Positions 30,258 to 39,743 of a stretch of DNA of 64,000 nucleotides are shown in pieces (positions within the stretch are counted from its first letter, which is position 1; the number at the start of each line of letters is the position of its first letter). The notes below the pieces were generated by a model. It was not told the origin of the DNA. It did not search any database and was given only the letters and a program-made list of their open reading frames with translations. This DNA is from an uncultured Eubacteriales bacterium (GTDB lineage Bacteria > Bacillota > Clostridia > Oscillospirales > Acutalibacteraceae). Where the stretch lies: assembly GCA_900316435.1 (NCBI GenBank), contig ONCY01000001.1:16358-80357 (forward strand). Direction: 5' to 3'. The position numbers and the translations under genes are program-made.

Positions 30258-31829
30258 ATGGAATACGGAAGGTATTACAGCGCCGCGGCGGATGACTATG
30301 TAGACATCTCGGGCGGCTCTTCAAACGGCTCGTCGGGCAGCTACGGCTACAACGATAACGGCGGCAACAGGAATAAAATCATTATCATCGTCTCAGCGGC
30401 GGCTGCGGTCGTTATTGCGGCGGCAGTTATTATTTTCTGCGTCGCTTTGATGAACAACGGAGGCGACAGCTCAGACTCGGCTCCAAAGGAGTTCGTGTTT
30501 GCCGAAAACACCAAGGTGTCGGGGCTCGATATCTCGGGCAAAACCCCCGCCCAGGCAAAAACTTATCTTGAACAGAACAAAAAGAGCTTTATTAAGCCCG
30601 TAAAGTTCACTGTTAAAATCGGCGATGAAACCGAAGTGCTTACGCAAAACGACTTTGAGTATGAATACAACATCAACGAGGTCGTTTCTCAGATAGAGGC
30701 GGACGAAAAGGCTGAAAAGTCCACCGCCGACGCTAAATACGAGGTTAAGGCGACTCCTACCGAAAAGTCGATTACGGACAAGTCCGCCGCAGTTTGCAAG
30801 GAGCATTACTCAGACCCCAAAAACGCTTATGTGTCTGAGTTTCACCCTTACTCCGATAACCGCTTTGATATCGAAGAAGCCAAAAACGGTATCAGCGTTG
30901 ACAAGGACGACCTGAAAAAGCAGATTGACACCGCCTTTAAGAGCGGAAAAAGCGAGCAGACTATCAAAGCCCTTACCGAGGAGGTAAGCGCCGAGGTTAC
31001 GGCGGACTTCCTTAAGAAGAACATTGTAAAGCTCTCCTCCTACGAAACCTACTCTACAAACACCGAAAACGCCACAAGCAATATGAGAGTGGCGCTCGCG
31101 GCTTGCAACGGCTCTATTATCGACCCCGAGGAGATTTGGTCGTTCAACGACTGTACGGGCGACTCAAACCTCGCGTCAAACGGCTATCTGCCCGCAAACG
31201 TTATTATCAACGGCAAAATCGAGCAGGGCAACGGCGGAGGTATCTGTCAGTCCAGCTCAACCATCTATAACGCGGCGATCCGCGCGGGGCTTAGCATTTA
31301 CGAGCGCGCGCCCCACGAGTGGGCTTCGGTTTACGTTCCCACGGGACTTGACGCTACGATCGACTACCCAAACATCGACTTAAAGCTTGAGAACGTCTCG
31401 GATTATCAGGTGTTCCTTGAGTGCAAGCTTGTAAATTACACGCTCTATGCCTCGTTCTGGGGCGTAAAGAGCTCGGATTACGATGAAATCAAAGTCAGAA
31501 ACGAGCTTGGCGATACAAAGGGCTCAAAGTACTATGTAAACGCCTACCGCGTATATTACAAGGACGGCAAAAAGATCGGCGAAAAGGAGCTTCCATCCTC
31601 GTATTACGACCTCAAAAACGGCAAGGTGTTCTATCCCGCCGACAATGACGCAGGCGCGGTTGACTCCGATGTGGACGACCTTACCGAGCCCGTAGTGATC
31701 CCTACCCAGCCTCAGACAAGCGCGCAGTCATCGGACGATGACACCCAAAGCTCGGTGCCCGAGACGACCGCCGAGGCGACTAAGCAGACAGAGGCTCAGA
31801 CCGAAACTCACAACGGAGCCGAGCCGTAG
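30258..31829 (+). CDS. VanW/YoaR-like membrane-anchored protein
   Basis: Single TM; WSFN, GGGICQSSSTIYNA, ERAPH..YVPTGLDATI. Confidence 0.9.
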   Translation: MEYGRYYSAAADDYVDISGGSSNGSSGSYGYNDNGGNRNKIIIIVSAAAAVVIAAAVIIFCVALMNNGGDSSDSAPKEFVFAENTKVSGLDISGKTPAQAKTYLEQNKKSFIKPVKFTVKIGDETEVLTQNDFEYEYNINEVVSQIEADEKAEKSTADAKYEVKATPTEKSITDKSAAVCKEHYSDPKNAYVSEFHPYSDNRFDIEEAKNGISVDKDDLKKQIDTAFKSGKSEQTIKALTEEVSAEVTADFLKKNIVKLSSYETYSTNTENATSNMRVALAACNGSIIDPEEIWSFNDCTGDSNLASNGYLPANVIINGKIEQGNGGGICQSSSTIYNAAIRAGLSIYERAPHEWASVYVPTGLDATIDYPNIDLKLENVSDYQVFLECKLVNYTLYASFWGVKSSDYDEIKVRNELGDTKGSKYYVNAYRVYYKDGKKIGEKELPSSYYDLKNGKVFYPADNDAGAVDSDVDDLTEPVVIPTQPQTSAQSSDDDTQSSVPETTAEATKQTEAQTETHNGAEP

Positions 31830-31835
31830 CAAAAT

Positions 31836-31881
31836 GAATAAAACAAAAGCCTTCGCTTATACTTATAGCGGAGGTTTTTTT
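31836..31881 (+). promoter_or_regulatory. Terminator-like hairpin overlapping a SigG-like promoter and the spoVAD RBS
   Basis: GAATA-17 bp-TATACTTA; stem GCCTTCGCT/AGCGGAGGT plus T7 immediately before ATG 31882. Confidence 0.5.
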
Positions 31882-32889
31882 ATGGTTAAAAGAATGGGAG
31901 CGGGAACGCTCGTTTTTGAAAACATGCCGAAAATCAGAGGTTTTGCCTCGGTTGCGGGCAAAAAGGAAGCCGAGGGGCCGCTGAGAGCCCTGTTTGACAA
32001 GATAATTTACGACAGCCGCGGCGGCGCCGAAACCTATGAGGAGGCTGAAAGCCGTCTGCAGCAGGAGGCGGCGCTGCTCGCAATGGAAAAAAGCGGGCTG
32101 CACTCCGCGGATATAGATTATGTTTTCGCGGGCGATTTGCTCAATCAGTGCGTCGGCTCGTCGTTTGGCATGAAGGTGTACGGAATCCCCTTTCTGGGGC
32201 AGTACGGCGCGTGCTCAACAATGGCTCAGGCGCTCATTTCGGGCGCTGTATTTACCGAAAGCGGCGCGGCGAATAACGCGCTTTGCGTAACCTCGTCGCA
32301 CTTCTGCGCGGCTGAGCGGCAGTACCGCTTTCCCATGGAGTACGGCGAGGTTCGCACGCCAACGGCGCAGTGGACGGTTACGGGCGCGGGCGCTTGCGTG
32401 CTCAGCCAAAACGAAGGCGCGGCAAAAATAAAAGCCGCCGCGGTCGGAAAAATTACGGACATGCAGATAACCGACTCAAACAACATGGGCGCGGCAATGG
32501 CGCCTGCAGCGGCAGATACGATCATGCGTTTTCTGCGCGATACGGGCGCGGATATTGCGGACTTTGACCGAGTTATTACGGGCGATTTGGGGCTCGTGGG
32601 CAGCGATATCCTGCACGAGCTGCTCTCAAAAGAGGGCGTGGATGTGTGCGGCAGACACAGCGACTGCGGCTTGCTTATTTTTGACAGAGAGGCTCAGGAC
32701 GTTCACGCGGGCGGCTCGGGCTGCGGCTGCTGCGCCTCGGTTTTGTGCTCAAAGATTCTGCCCGATTTGCAGAGCGGCAGGCTGCGCAATATACTGTTCA
32801 TCGCCACGGGCGCGCTTCTCAGCGCTACGACCGCGCAGCAGGGTAAAAGCATTCCCTCAATAGCGCATTTGGTGAACATTACTGTGTGA
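31882..32889 (+). CDS. spoVAD: Stage V sporulation protein AD
   Basis: KKEAEGPL, AGDLLNQC, YGACST, SSHFCAAERQYRFP.EYG, SNNMGAAMAPAA, GGSGCGC, ATGALLS. Confidence 0.95.
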   Translation: MVKRMGAGTLVFENMPKIRGFASVAGKKEAEGPLRALFDKIIYDSRGGAETYEEAESRLQQEAALLAMEKSGLHSADIDYVFAGDLLNQCVGSSFGMKVYGIPFLGQYGACSTMAQALISGAVFTESGAANNALCVTSSHFCAAERQYRFPMEYGEVRTPTAQWTVTGAGACVLSQNEGAAKIKAAAVGKITDMQITDSNNMGAAMAPAAADTIMRFLRDTGADIADFDRVITGDLGLVGSDILHELLSKEGVDVCGRHSDCGLLIFDREAQDVHAGGSGCGCCASVLCSKILPDLQSGRLRNILFIATGALLSATTAQQGKSIPSIAHLVNITV

Positions 32890-32993
32890 GCGGCTTTAGA
32901 TCAGCTGTTCCGTAAATGCAATGAATAGTGGCTGGATCAGTTGTTTGTTTCAGCCACAATACATATCTTGCTTGCGCCGTTCGGCTTTTTGGC

Positions 32994-33022
32994 TTGACAT
33001 TGGCTGAAAAAAACAATATAAT
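32994..33022 (+). promoter_or_regulatory. Consensus SigA promoter
   Basis: TTGACA-17 bp-TATAAT. Confidence 0.8.
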
Positions 33023-33066
33023 TATAGAAGATGTCAGAACTTACAAAACCGGAGGAGGTTTAAAAT

Positions 33067-33366
33067 ATGTTTGGAAAAAAGAAAAACGAGGCTGTAGAAA
33101 AGCCCGCTGAAAAGCCTACTCCCGCTTATTTGCGCGAGGACTATTCCTATAAGGCAATCGGCGACGCGGTCATAAATTTAGACAATCTTGAAAGCGGTGT
33201 GCTTTATGAAATCAAGTGCAGTCAGTGTGAGATGAGCATTCGCTCGCAGGGACAGAATATCAAGAGCACCTATGAAATATTAAAAGAAAACGGCTGCATC
33301 GGCTGCGGCAACAAGGACTTGGTCATCAAGAAAGTCGATATGTCGGCGGCAAAGAAGGAAAAATAA
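33067..33366 (+). CDS. Small hypothetical protein with two CxxC pairs (zinc-ribbon-like)
   Basis: GGAGGAGG RBS; CSQC and CIGC. Confidence 0.75.
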   Translation: MFGKKKNEAVEKPAEKPTPAYLREDYSYKAIGDAVINLDNLESGVLYEIKCSQCEMSIRSQGQNIKSTYEILKENGCIGCGNKDLVIKKVDMSAAKKEK

Positions 33367-33379
33367 TACAGGAGTTGAT

Positions 33380-33630
33380 GTGACATAGGCTATTTACCGC
33401 CATATTTTGATATCCCGAAATATTTATACATAGCCGCTGTGTTTATGTTCGTCGGGATACTGATTTTTGCCCGAAAGCTTGATTGGATTCGGCGGATAGG
33501 GCTGAGCTTTTTGCTTCCGTATCTGTTTCTGGTTTTCGCCGTGCGGTGCTTCTGCAATCTCCGACCGAGGAGTCAATTTTATAGTAGGACCATCTAAGTC
33601 CTACTATCAGTATCATACAAACTATTTCAA
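33380..33630 (+). pseudogene. Degenerate 5' copy of the VanZ-like gene
   Basis: 33380-33543 matches 34837-35000 with 3 mismatches; then frameshifted, diverged homology. Confidence 0.75.
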
Positions 33631-33735
33631 ACTCAATAAGTCTTATCACCAGTTTCACTGCTTTTGAGTAACACATTTAAGATTATAGAATATAAAAGAA
33701 TATATAAGTTAAAAATAAAAAAGGAGAGAAAAACC

Positions 33736-34740
33736 TTGACGGAAAGACAGACGGTTGCATTGATTATCCCATATTATGGGAATATCCCTGATTATTTTGA
33801 TTTGTGGGCTGAATCTGCAGGTAAGAATTTGAATTTTGATTTTTTCCTTTTTTCGGATTTGGATTTTCAGGTTAGTCAGTATAAAAACATACATTTGATT
33901 AATCTGTCCTTTCCCAAACTTTGCAGTAAGTTTAAACAAGTACTGGGTAATGATATTATTCTGAATCAACCATATAAGCTTTGTGATTATAAACCTACAT
34001 ATGGTTTGGTGTTTTCGGAGTATATTAAGGATTACGATTTCTGGGGTTTTTGTGACATAGACTTGATATTTGGAAACATTGGACATTTTATTACATCTGA
34101 AGTGCTTTCAAAGTATAACAAAATACTTACGCAAGGTCACTTTTGCCTGATGAAAAACGATGATAAAATGAACAATTTGTTTATGGAAAAATATAAAAAT
34201 GTTCGTGATTATCAAAGTGTTTTTCACACCAGAGATAGTTGTCATTTTGATGAGGGCGGAACGATTGCGTTTGCGGATGAATATGATACTTCAATAAAGT
34301 TGTTCTTTGATTGGATATATTTTGATGTAGACTATAATAGTTATCAAATATTTAGAGCTGAAAAAGAACTATGCTTTGTTTGGAATAACGGAAAATTGTT
34401 AGGATATAGTGATAACGAAGATGATGTACAAGAATATATGTATATTCATTTGCAAAAGCGAAAAATGTTTAGAAATTTTGAAGGAGTGAGAGATAGATAT
34501 TATATTTTGCGAGATGAGTTTATTGCAGATGAAAATCTGGATGTATGTTCTTGCCTAAGTTTTCCGGTGGATTCGAGAAAAAAGAAGTCCTTTCAAAAAA
34601 GCATAAAAAGAAAACTGATTAAACTGAAAATTAGTGCTGTAAAAAAAGGACGAATAAAACAAATTATAATACGAAGGAAAAATCACTTTAGAATTGAAAG
34701 AAAGTATCCTGTAACAAAAGAGAATAGAGAAATAATATAA
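33736..34740 (+). CDS. DUF6625-like polysaccharide-associated protein
   Basis: IIPYYG..P.YF, PYKLCDYKPTYG, FWGFCDIDLIFG, FDE, YIHLQKR; AT-rich; TTG start after AAGGAG. Confidence 0.75.
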   Translation: MTERQTVALIIPYYGNIPDYFDLWAESAGKNLNFDFFLFSDLDFQVSQYKNIHLINLSFPKLCSKFKQVLGNDIILNQPYKLCDYKPTYGLVFSEYIKDYDFWGFCDIDLIFGNIGHFITSEVLSKYNKILTQGHFCLMKNDDKMNNLFMEKYKNVRDYQSVFHTRDSCHFDEGGTIAFADEYDTSIKLFFDWIYFDVDYNSYQIFRAEKELCFVWNNGKLLGYSDNEDDVQEYMYIHLQKRKMFRNFEGVRDRYYILRDEFIADENLDVCSCLSFPVDSRKKKSFQKSIKRKLIKLKISAVKKGRIKQIIIRRKNHFRIERKYPVTKENREII

Positions 34741-34841
34741 GACTTGAAATAATACGTTTTTATTATCAAGATTTGTTTTAACATAATCAAATCATTTAAA
34801 ACTCTGCCAAAAAGGAAAACTGACACGGGAGGTGCAGTGAC

Positions 34842-35387
34842 ATAGGCTATTTACCGCCATATTTTGATATCCCGAAATATTTATACATAGCCGCTGTGCT
34901 TATGTTCGTCGGGATACTGATTTTTGCCCGAAAGCTTGATTGGATTCGGCGGATAGGGCTGAGCTTTTTGCTTCCGTATCTGTTTCTGGTCTTTGCCGTG
35001 ACTGTGTTTCTGCGCTCTTCGGCTGATGGGTACAATCTGATATTAGAGCCTTTTAAGTCGTACAGGGAGTATTATACTAACGATTTTACATGGTTTCAAA
35101 TCAGGGCGAATGTGCTGCTTTTTATGCCTATAGGCTTTTTCCTCCCTATGGTTCTAAAAAAGCCGTTTTTTATGCCGCTGATTGTGGGCGTGGGAGTATC
35201 GGTTACCATTGAGTTTTTGCAGCTTATCCTGCGCAGAGGAACGTGCGAAACCGACGACGTGATATCAAACTCAATCGGTCTGCTGATCGGCTTCGTGGTA
35301 TTCTGGACTTTAAAAGCTGCCTTTTTGGCTTTAAAATACCTAATAATTTCATTACATAAAAACTATAAAGATAAACACAGAGGATAG
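34842..35387 (+). CDS. VanZ-family membrane protein (start uncertain: ATA 34842 or GTG 34896)
   Basis: NVLLFMPIGFFLP, IEFLQ..RG.CETDDVISNSIG. Confidence 0.8.
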   Translation: MGYLPPYFDIPKYLYIAAVLMFVGILIFARKLDWIRRIGLSFLLPYLFLVFAVTVFLRSSADGYNLILEPFKSYREYYTNDFTWFQIRANVLLFMPIGFFLPMVLKKPFFMPLIVGVGVSVTIEFLQLILRRGTCETDDVISNSIGLLIGFVVFWTLKAAFLALKYLIISLHKNYKDKHRG

Positions 35388-35468
35388 TTCCTGAGGCACC
35401 GGTATTGCTTCGGGAGCTTTTTGTATATTGTGGTGTGCTGCGGGTGTTTTTTAAATTTCCTCTCGGAC

Positions 35469-35496
35469 TTGACATTTTTCGTAAACATGGTATAAT
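35469..35496 (+). promoter_or_regulatory. SigA promoter of the polysaccharide locus
   Basis: TTGACA-16 bp (ending TGG)-TATAAT. Confidence 0.7.
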
Positions 35497-35593
35497 ACAA
35501 TAAGATGTATAATTATGGGCTTTTGCGCATTTTTTGAAGATAAAAGCGTTTTTATTGTTGATTTTTAACAAAAATATACGGTGGGTGTGGGTT

Positions 35594-36199
35594 ATGTATA
35601 AAAACTTTTTCAAAAGAATAATTGACGTAACCTTATCGGTACTGGCGCTTATAGTTCTGTGCTGGCTGTACCTGATTATCGCCGTTATCATTAAGCTCAC
35701 ATCCCCGGGTCCCGTACTGTTTAAACAGGAAAGAATAGGAAAAGGCGGAAAGGTTTACAAAATCTATAAATTCCGCTCAATGAAGGTCAATTCCGAGAAA
35801 ACAGGCTCGGGCGTATATTCCGGAAAGGGCGATCCGCGCGTCACAAAAATAGGCAAATTCATCCGCGCGACAAGTATCGACGAGCTTCCGCAGCTGTTCA
35901 ACATTATCAAGGGCGATATGGCGCTTATCGGTCCCAGGCCGCCGCTTACATATCATCCGTGGAAGTGGGAGGAATACACCGACGAGCAAAAGCGCATGTT
36001 CGAAGTCAGACCCGGCATTACGGGCTGGGCGCAGACTCACGGCAGAAAGCACGTTGAGTGGCACAAGCGCATTGAGCTGAATGTGTGGTATGTCGATCAC
36101 GTTTCGTTCGGCTTGGATTTCAAAATTTTCTGGGTAACCATATTTAAGATTTTTACAAACGCCGATAACGAGAACAAGGGCGAGACTGTAAAGAAATAA
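35594..36199 (+). CDS. Priming phosphoglycosyl transferase (sugar transferase)
   Basis: KRIIDV, KFRSM, DPRVT, SIDELPQL.N, GPRP, RPGITGWAQ. Confidence 0.95.
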   Translation: MYKNFFKRIIDVTLSVLALIVLCWLYLIIAVIIKLTSPGPVLFKQERIGKGGKVYKIYKFRSMKVNSEKTGSGVYSGKGDPRVTKIGKFIRATSIDELPQLFNIIKGDMALIGPRPPLTYHPWKWEEYTDEQKRMFEVRPGITGWAQTHGRKHVEWHKRIELNVWYVDHVSFGLDFKIFWVTIFKIFTNADNENKGETVKK

Positions 36200-36207
36200 G
36201 GTGCGTT

Positions 36208-37038
36208 ATGTCGATTAAACTGATGTACATCACAAATAAACCCGAGATCGCACAGATAGCGGAATCATCGGGAGTTGACAGAATATTTGTCGATATGGAA
36301 TACATCGGCAAGGGCGAGCGCCAGGGCGGACTGGATTCGGTCAAAAACCACCATACCGTTGAGGACGTCCGTGTTTTGAAGCAGGCGGTCGAGAGTGCCG
36401 AGGTACTGGTGCGCATAAATCCGATGCATGAGGCTACCGATGAATACGGCTCCTCGCAGCAGGAGATCGACGACGTAATCCGCGCAGGTGCCGACATTAT
36501 AATGCTGCCGTATATTACGAGTGCTCAGCAGGTGCGCGATTTCCTGCGCTTTGTCGGCGGCAGGGTAAAGACAATGCCGCTCATTGAAACTCCTCAGGCC
36601 GTTGAAGCCATAGACGAGATATTGGAGCTTGACGGCATTGATGAGATATATATAGGCTTAAATGATTTAAGCATAGGATATAAAAAAAAGTTTATGTTTG
36701 AGCTGCTTGCCGACGGTACGGTGGAAACGCTTTGCTTAAAATGCAAGCTTAAAGGTATCCCTTACGGCTTCGGCGGCGTCGCTTCGCTCGGAAAGGGAAT
36801 GCTCCCAAGCGAATACGTTATCCGCGAGCACTACCGATTGGGTTCAACCTGCGCTATTCTGTCGCGCAGCTTCTGCAATGTTGATAAGGTTAGTCATATC
36901 GGAATAATAAGCTCGACGTTTATCGACGGCGTTAAGGCTATCCGCGAGTTAGAGGCTGAGTGCGAGAGAAGAATCAGCTATTTCAGACAGAACGAAAAAG
37001 AAGTTGCCAGGCGTGTTCGGCTTATTTGCGAGGGGTAA
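36208..37038 (+). CDS. HpcH/HpaI aldolase / citrate lyase family protein
   Basis: IFVDME, VRINP, LIETP, IYIGLNDLS. Confidence 0.75.
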   Translation: MSIKLMYITNKPEIAQIAESSGVDRIFVDMEYIGKGERQGGLDSVKNHHTVEDVRVLKQAVESAEVLVRINPMHEATDEYGSSQQEIDDVIRAGADIIMLPYITSAQQVRDFLRFVGGRVKTMPLIETPQAVEAIDEILELDGIDEIYIGLNDLSIGYKKKFMFELLADGTVETLCLKCKLKGIPYGFGGVASLGKGMLPSEYVIREHYRLGSTCAILSRSFCNVDKVSHIGIISSTFIDGVKAIRELEAECERRISYFRQNEKEVARRVRLICEG

Positions 37039-37039
37039 T

Positions 37040-37927
37040 ATGAATCTTTTGGTAACAGGCGCGTGGAGCGACGGAAAAAACCGCATATCCGAGTTTGAGG
37101 CTATGGGGCACTCCGCCAAATTCATGCAGTTTGAAAAAGACGAGTTGCCTTGTGCTTACGATTGGGTCGAGGGCGTAATTTGCAACGGCTTGTTCCTTTA
37201 TCGCCCGATCGAAAGATTTACGAATTTAAAATATATACAACTGACCAGCGCGGGCTTTGACAGAGTTGATATGGACTATGTCAAGGCTCACAGTATTGAA
37301 ATACACAATGCGCGCGGCGTGTACAGCGTTCCAATGGCGGAGTTCGCGCTCAGCGGCGTGCTGCAAATCTATAAACAGGCTGCGTTTTTCCGAGAGAACC
37401 AGCGCAATCATCTCTGGGAAAAGCATCGCGGACTGCTTGAACTCAGCGGCAAAAACGTTTTGATTGTCGGATGCGGCAGCGTCGGAAATGAATGCGCCAA
37501 GCGCTTCAATGCTTTTGAATGCAATGTAACGGGCATTGACCTGTACCTGAGAGAGGACAGCCTGTACGGCGAGATACTTCCGCTCAGCAAGCTTGACGAA
37601 GCGTTAAAGCAAGCGGATATTATTGTTCTGACACTGCCTTTGACAGAGCAGACAAAACACTTGATTGATGATAACAAGCTCAGCCTTCTCAAAGACGGCG
37701 CGGTGCCGGTCAACATCGCACGCGGCGCGGTTGTTGATACAGAAGCGCTGTTGAAGCATATAGACAGGCTCGGCGGCGCCGTCCTTGACGTTTTTGAGGA
37801 AGAGCCGCTTGATAAAAACAGTCCCTTGTGGGATAAACCAAACATCGTCCTTACTCCCCATAACAGCTTTGTCGGCGAGGGGAATGAGGAGAGGTTGAAA
37901 AGTATTGTTTTTGAACACCTGAAATAA
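37040..37927 (+). CDS. D-isomer-specific 2-hydroxyacid dehydrogenase
   Basis: GCGSVG, LPLT..T, NIARG, LDVFEEEPL, TPH. Confidence 0.9.
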   Translation: MNLLVTGAWSDGKNRISEFEAMGHSAKFMQFEKDELPCAYDWVEGVICNGLFLYRPIERFTNLKYIQLTSAGFDRVDMDYVKAHSIEIHNARGVYSVPMAEFALSGVLQIYKQAAFFRENQRNHLWEKHRGLLELSGKNVLIVGCGSVGNECAKRFNAFECNVTGIDLYLREDSLYGEILPLSKLDEALKQADIIVLTLPLTEQTKHLIDDNKLSLLKDGAVPVNIARGAVVDTEALLKHIDRLGGAVLDVFEEEPLDKNSPLWDKPNIVLTPHNSFVGEGNEERLKSIVFEHLK

Positions 37928-37938
37928 CGGGAGGATAT

Positions 37939-39567
37939 ATGGCTTATATCACTGCATTAGAAATGAAAAATGAACTGGATGTTAAAGCGGAATTTAGAGA
38001 CAGATTATATTGCAGAGGTTTTTTAATTACAGACAAAAAGCAGGAGTGTCTGTCTGATTATCCTTTTTATGGTAATTGGAATGAAACGTTCTTTATGTCC
38101 AATGAAAAAAAGTATTATTTCTATACACATAAATATGTTGAGTTATTTAAATATGAAGATAATGGAAAATTATTCTTTTTGATTGGTCATGCCTATAATC
38201 CTTTCACAATGAAGCATTCGGAATATGACATTTTAGAGGACTTAGCAGTGTCATATATAAAGAGCGAAGAAGATTTTTGGAAAGCCGAAAGTGAATTAAC
38301 AGGTGTATTCTGTTTGGGTATTCTTTTTGACGGGAAGCTTACAGTTACAACTGATTGCGCCGGAATGCAGTTGATATATCATGGTGCGATAAAGGAACAC
38401 GTTTATTTTACTTCTCATAGTAAACTGGTTGCTGATTTCTGTGGCTTAGAACAGACGGAGTATATAAAAAAGCTTGTTTCTAATAGATTTTGGCATTATT
38501 GGGGAAGGTGGCTTCCTGGAGATTTGTCACCGTATGCTGAACTGAGCAGATTACAGCCGAACTGCAAAGCAGTTTATAATGGCAAGACCATCGAGGTATT
38601 AAGGTATTATCCTTTTTGCAAAATTGAAGAAACAACTACTGAAGAAGAATATAAGAAAACCATTGATGAATTGGGCAGAATTATGTCCAACAATATGGAA
38701 TTAATTGCAAAAAAATGGCCGGATAAAAAAATATCCATTTCCGTTACAGGTGGCAGAGACAGCATGACAACCCTTGCCTGTACAAACGGAAATTATCATA
38801 AGTATTCGTACTTCAGTTATATCTCAAACGATGAGGAATCTGTGGATGCTTACGCGGCAAAAGATATTCTTAACTCTCTTGGATTAAAGCACGAGTTATA
38901 TAAAATCCCCAATGAATGGGATGGCTATAAGGATATTGATTTGTTTAAGAAAATTTTGGAGTGTAATGCAGGATGTATTGGTAATAACAATCGAAATGAT
39001 GTAATGAAGAGAATGTATTTTTGCGCCAATCCGCCTTGTGACATTGAAGTAAAGTCATGGGTTAATGAAATTGGAAGAGGTCGTTGTTATGACCGTTTTA
39101 ACAAAAAGTTCTTTCCTCAAAAAACACACCCAAGTTATTGGAGAGCATTACACAAAGTCTATTTTCATCAGTTTGGATTGATGAAAGAGACCGATAAGGT
39201 TTTTAAGGATTACTTTGATAAATACTATAGCCATGATGAATTTGAAAAACTATTTTGGGTCGTATATTATCACTGGGAGTTTTCATGGGCTGGTGGTGAG
39301 GGGGTATCTTTGACCACTGAGCATAGAGTTTCATATGAAATAACTATTCCGTTTAATAACAGAAAATATCTTGAGTTAATGCTTACAGTTCCTTTGGCGA
39401 AAAGAAAAGTTGATTCTATTCCTCAGGACTTAATATTCGAAAATAATCATCAAATATCAGACACCCAGATTTGGGTAAAGGATGTTTCTCATACTAACAC
39501 GAGGGCATGGATTGAGAGAATTCATCTGGAAATTTTTTCTCGCTTAAGATTTGTGAAGTATAAATAG
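37939..39567 (+). CDS. Asparagine-synthetase-like PP-loop ATP-dependent amide ligase (putative)
   Basis: ISVTGGRDS PP-loop, degenerate Ntn-like N-terminal region without an N-terminal Cys, C-terminal PFNNR. Confidence 0.55.
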   Translation: MAYITALEMKNELDVKAEFRDRLYCRGFLITDKKQECLSDYPFYGNWNETFFMSNEKKYYFYTHKYVELFKYEDNGKLFFLIGHAYNPFTMKHSEYDILEDLAVSYIKSEEDFWKAESELTGVFCLGILFDGKLTVTTDCAGMQLIYHGAIKEHVYFTSHSKLVADFCGLEQTEYIKKLVSNRFWHYWGRWLPGDLSPYAELSRLQPNCKAVYNGKTIEVLRYYPFCKIEETTTEEEYKKTIDELGRIMSNNMELIAKKWPDKKISISVTGGRDSMTTLACTNGNYHKYSYFSYISNDEESVDAYAAKDILNSLGLKHELYKIPNEWDGYKDIDLFKKILECNAGCIGNNNRNDVMKRMYFCANPPCDIEVKSWVNEIGRGRCYDRFNKKFFPQKTHPSYWRALHKVYFHQFGLMKETDKVFKDYFDKYYSHDEFEKLFWVVYYHWEFSWAGGEGVSLTTEHRVSYEITIPFNNRKYLELMLTVPLAKRKVDSIPQDLIFENNHQISDTQIWVKDVSHTNTRAWIERIHLEIFSRLRFVKYK

Positions 39568-39581
39568 GTTTATGATAGTAA

Positions 39582-39737
39582 GACGGAGTCAACAATGCAA
39601 CGATTCTGATTAATGAACCAAGATTTGTTAATATACACAATGATGTTCATAACGGATATTTTGCAGGAAAAAGAATAAAAGCGGAAAGAATGTATTATAA
39701 GTTCAGAAAAAGGATTAGCTTTGAAAAGCTTAGGTAA
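39582..39737 (+). pseudogene. C-terminal remnant of a paralog of the preceding gene
   Basis: Startless frame DGVNNATIL...ERMYYKFRKRISFEKLR* aligns without gaps to the preceding C-terminus (9/47 identities by eye). Confidence 0.5.
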
Positions 39738-39743
39738 AGATAA

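Noticed and set aside
30258..35387. Vancomycin-resistance cluster (VanW- and VanZ-like genes)
   Set aside because: Both families are widespread; no vanH/A/X ligase module or VanRS
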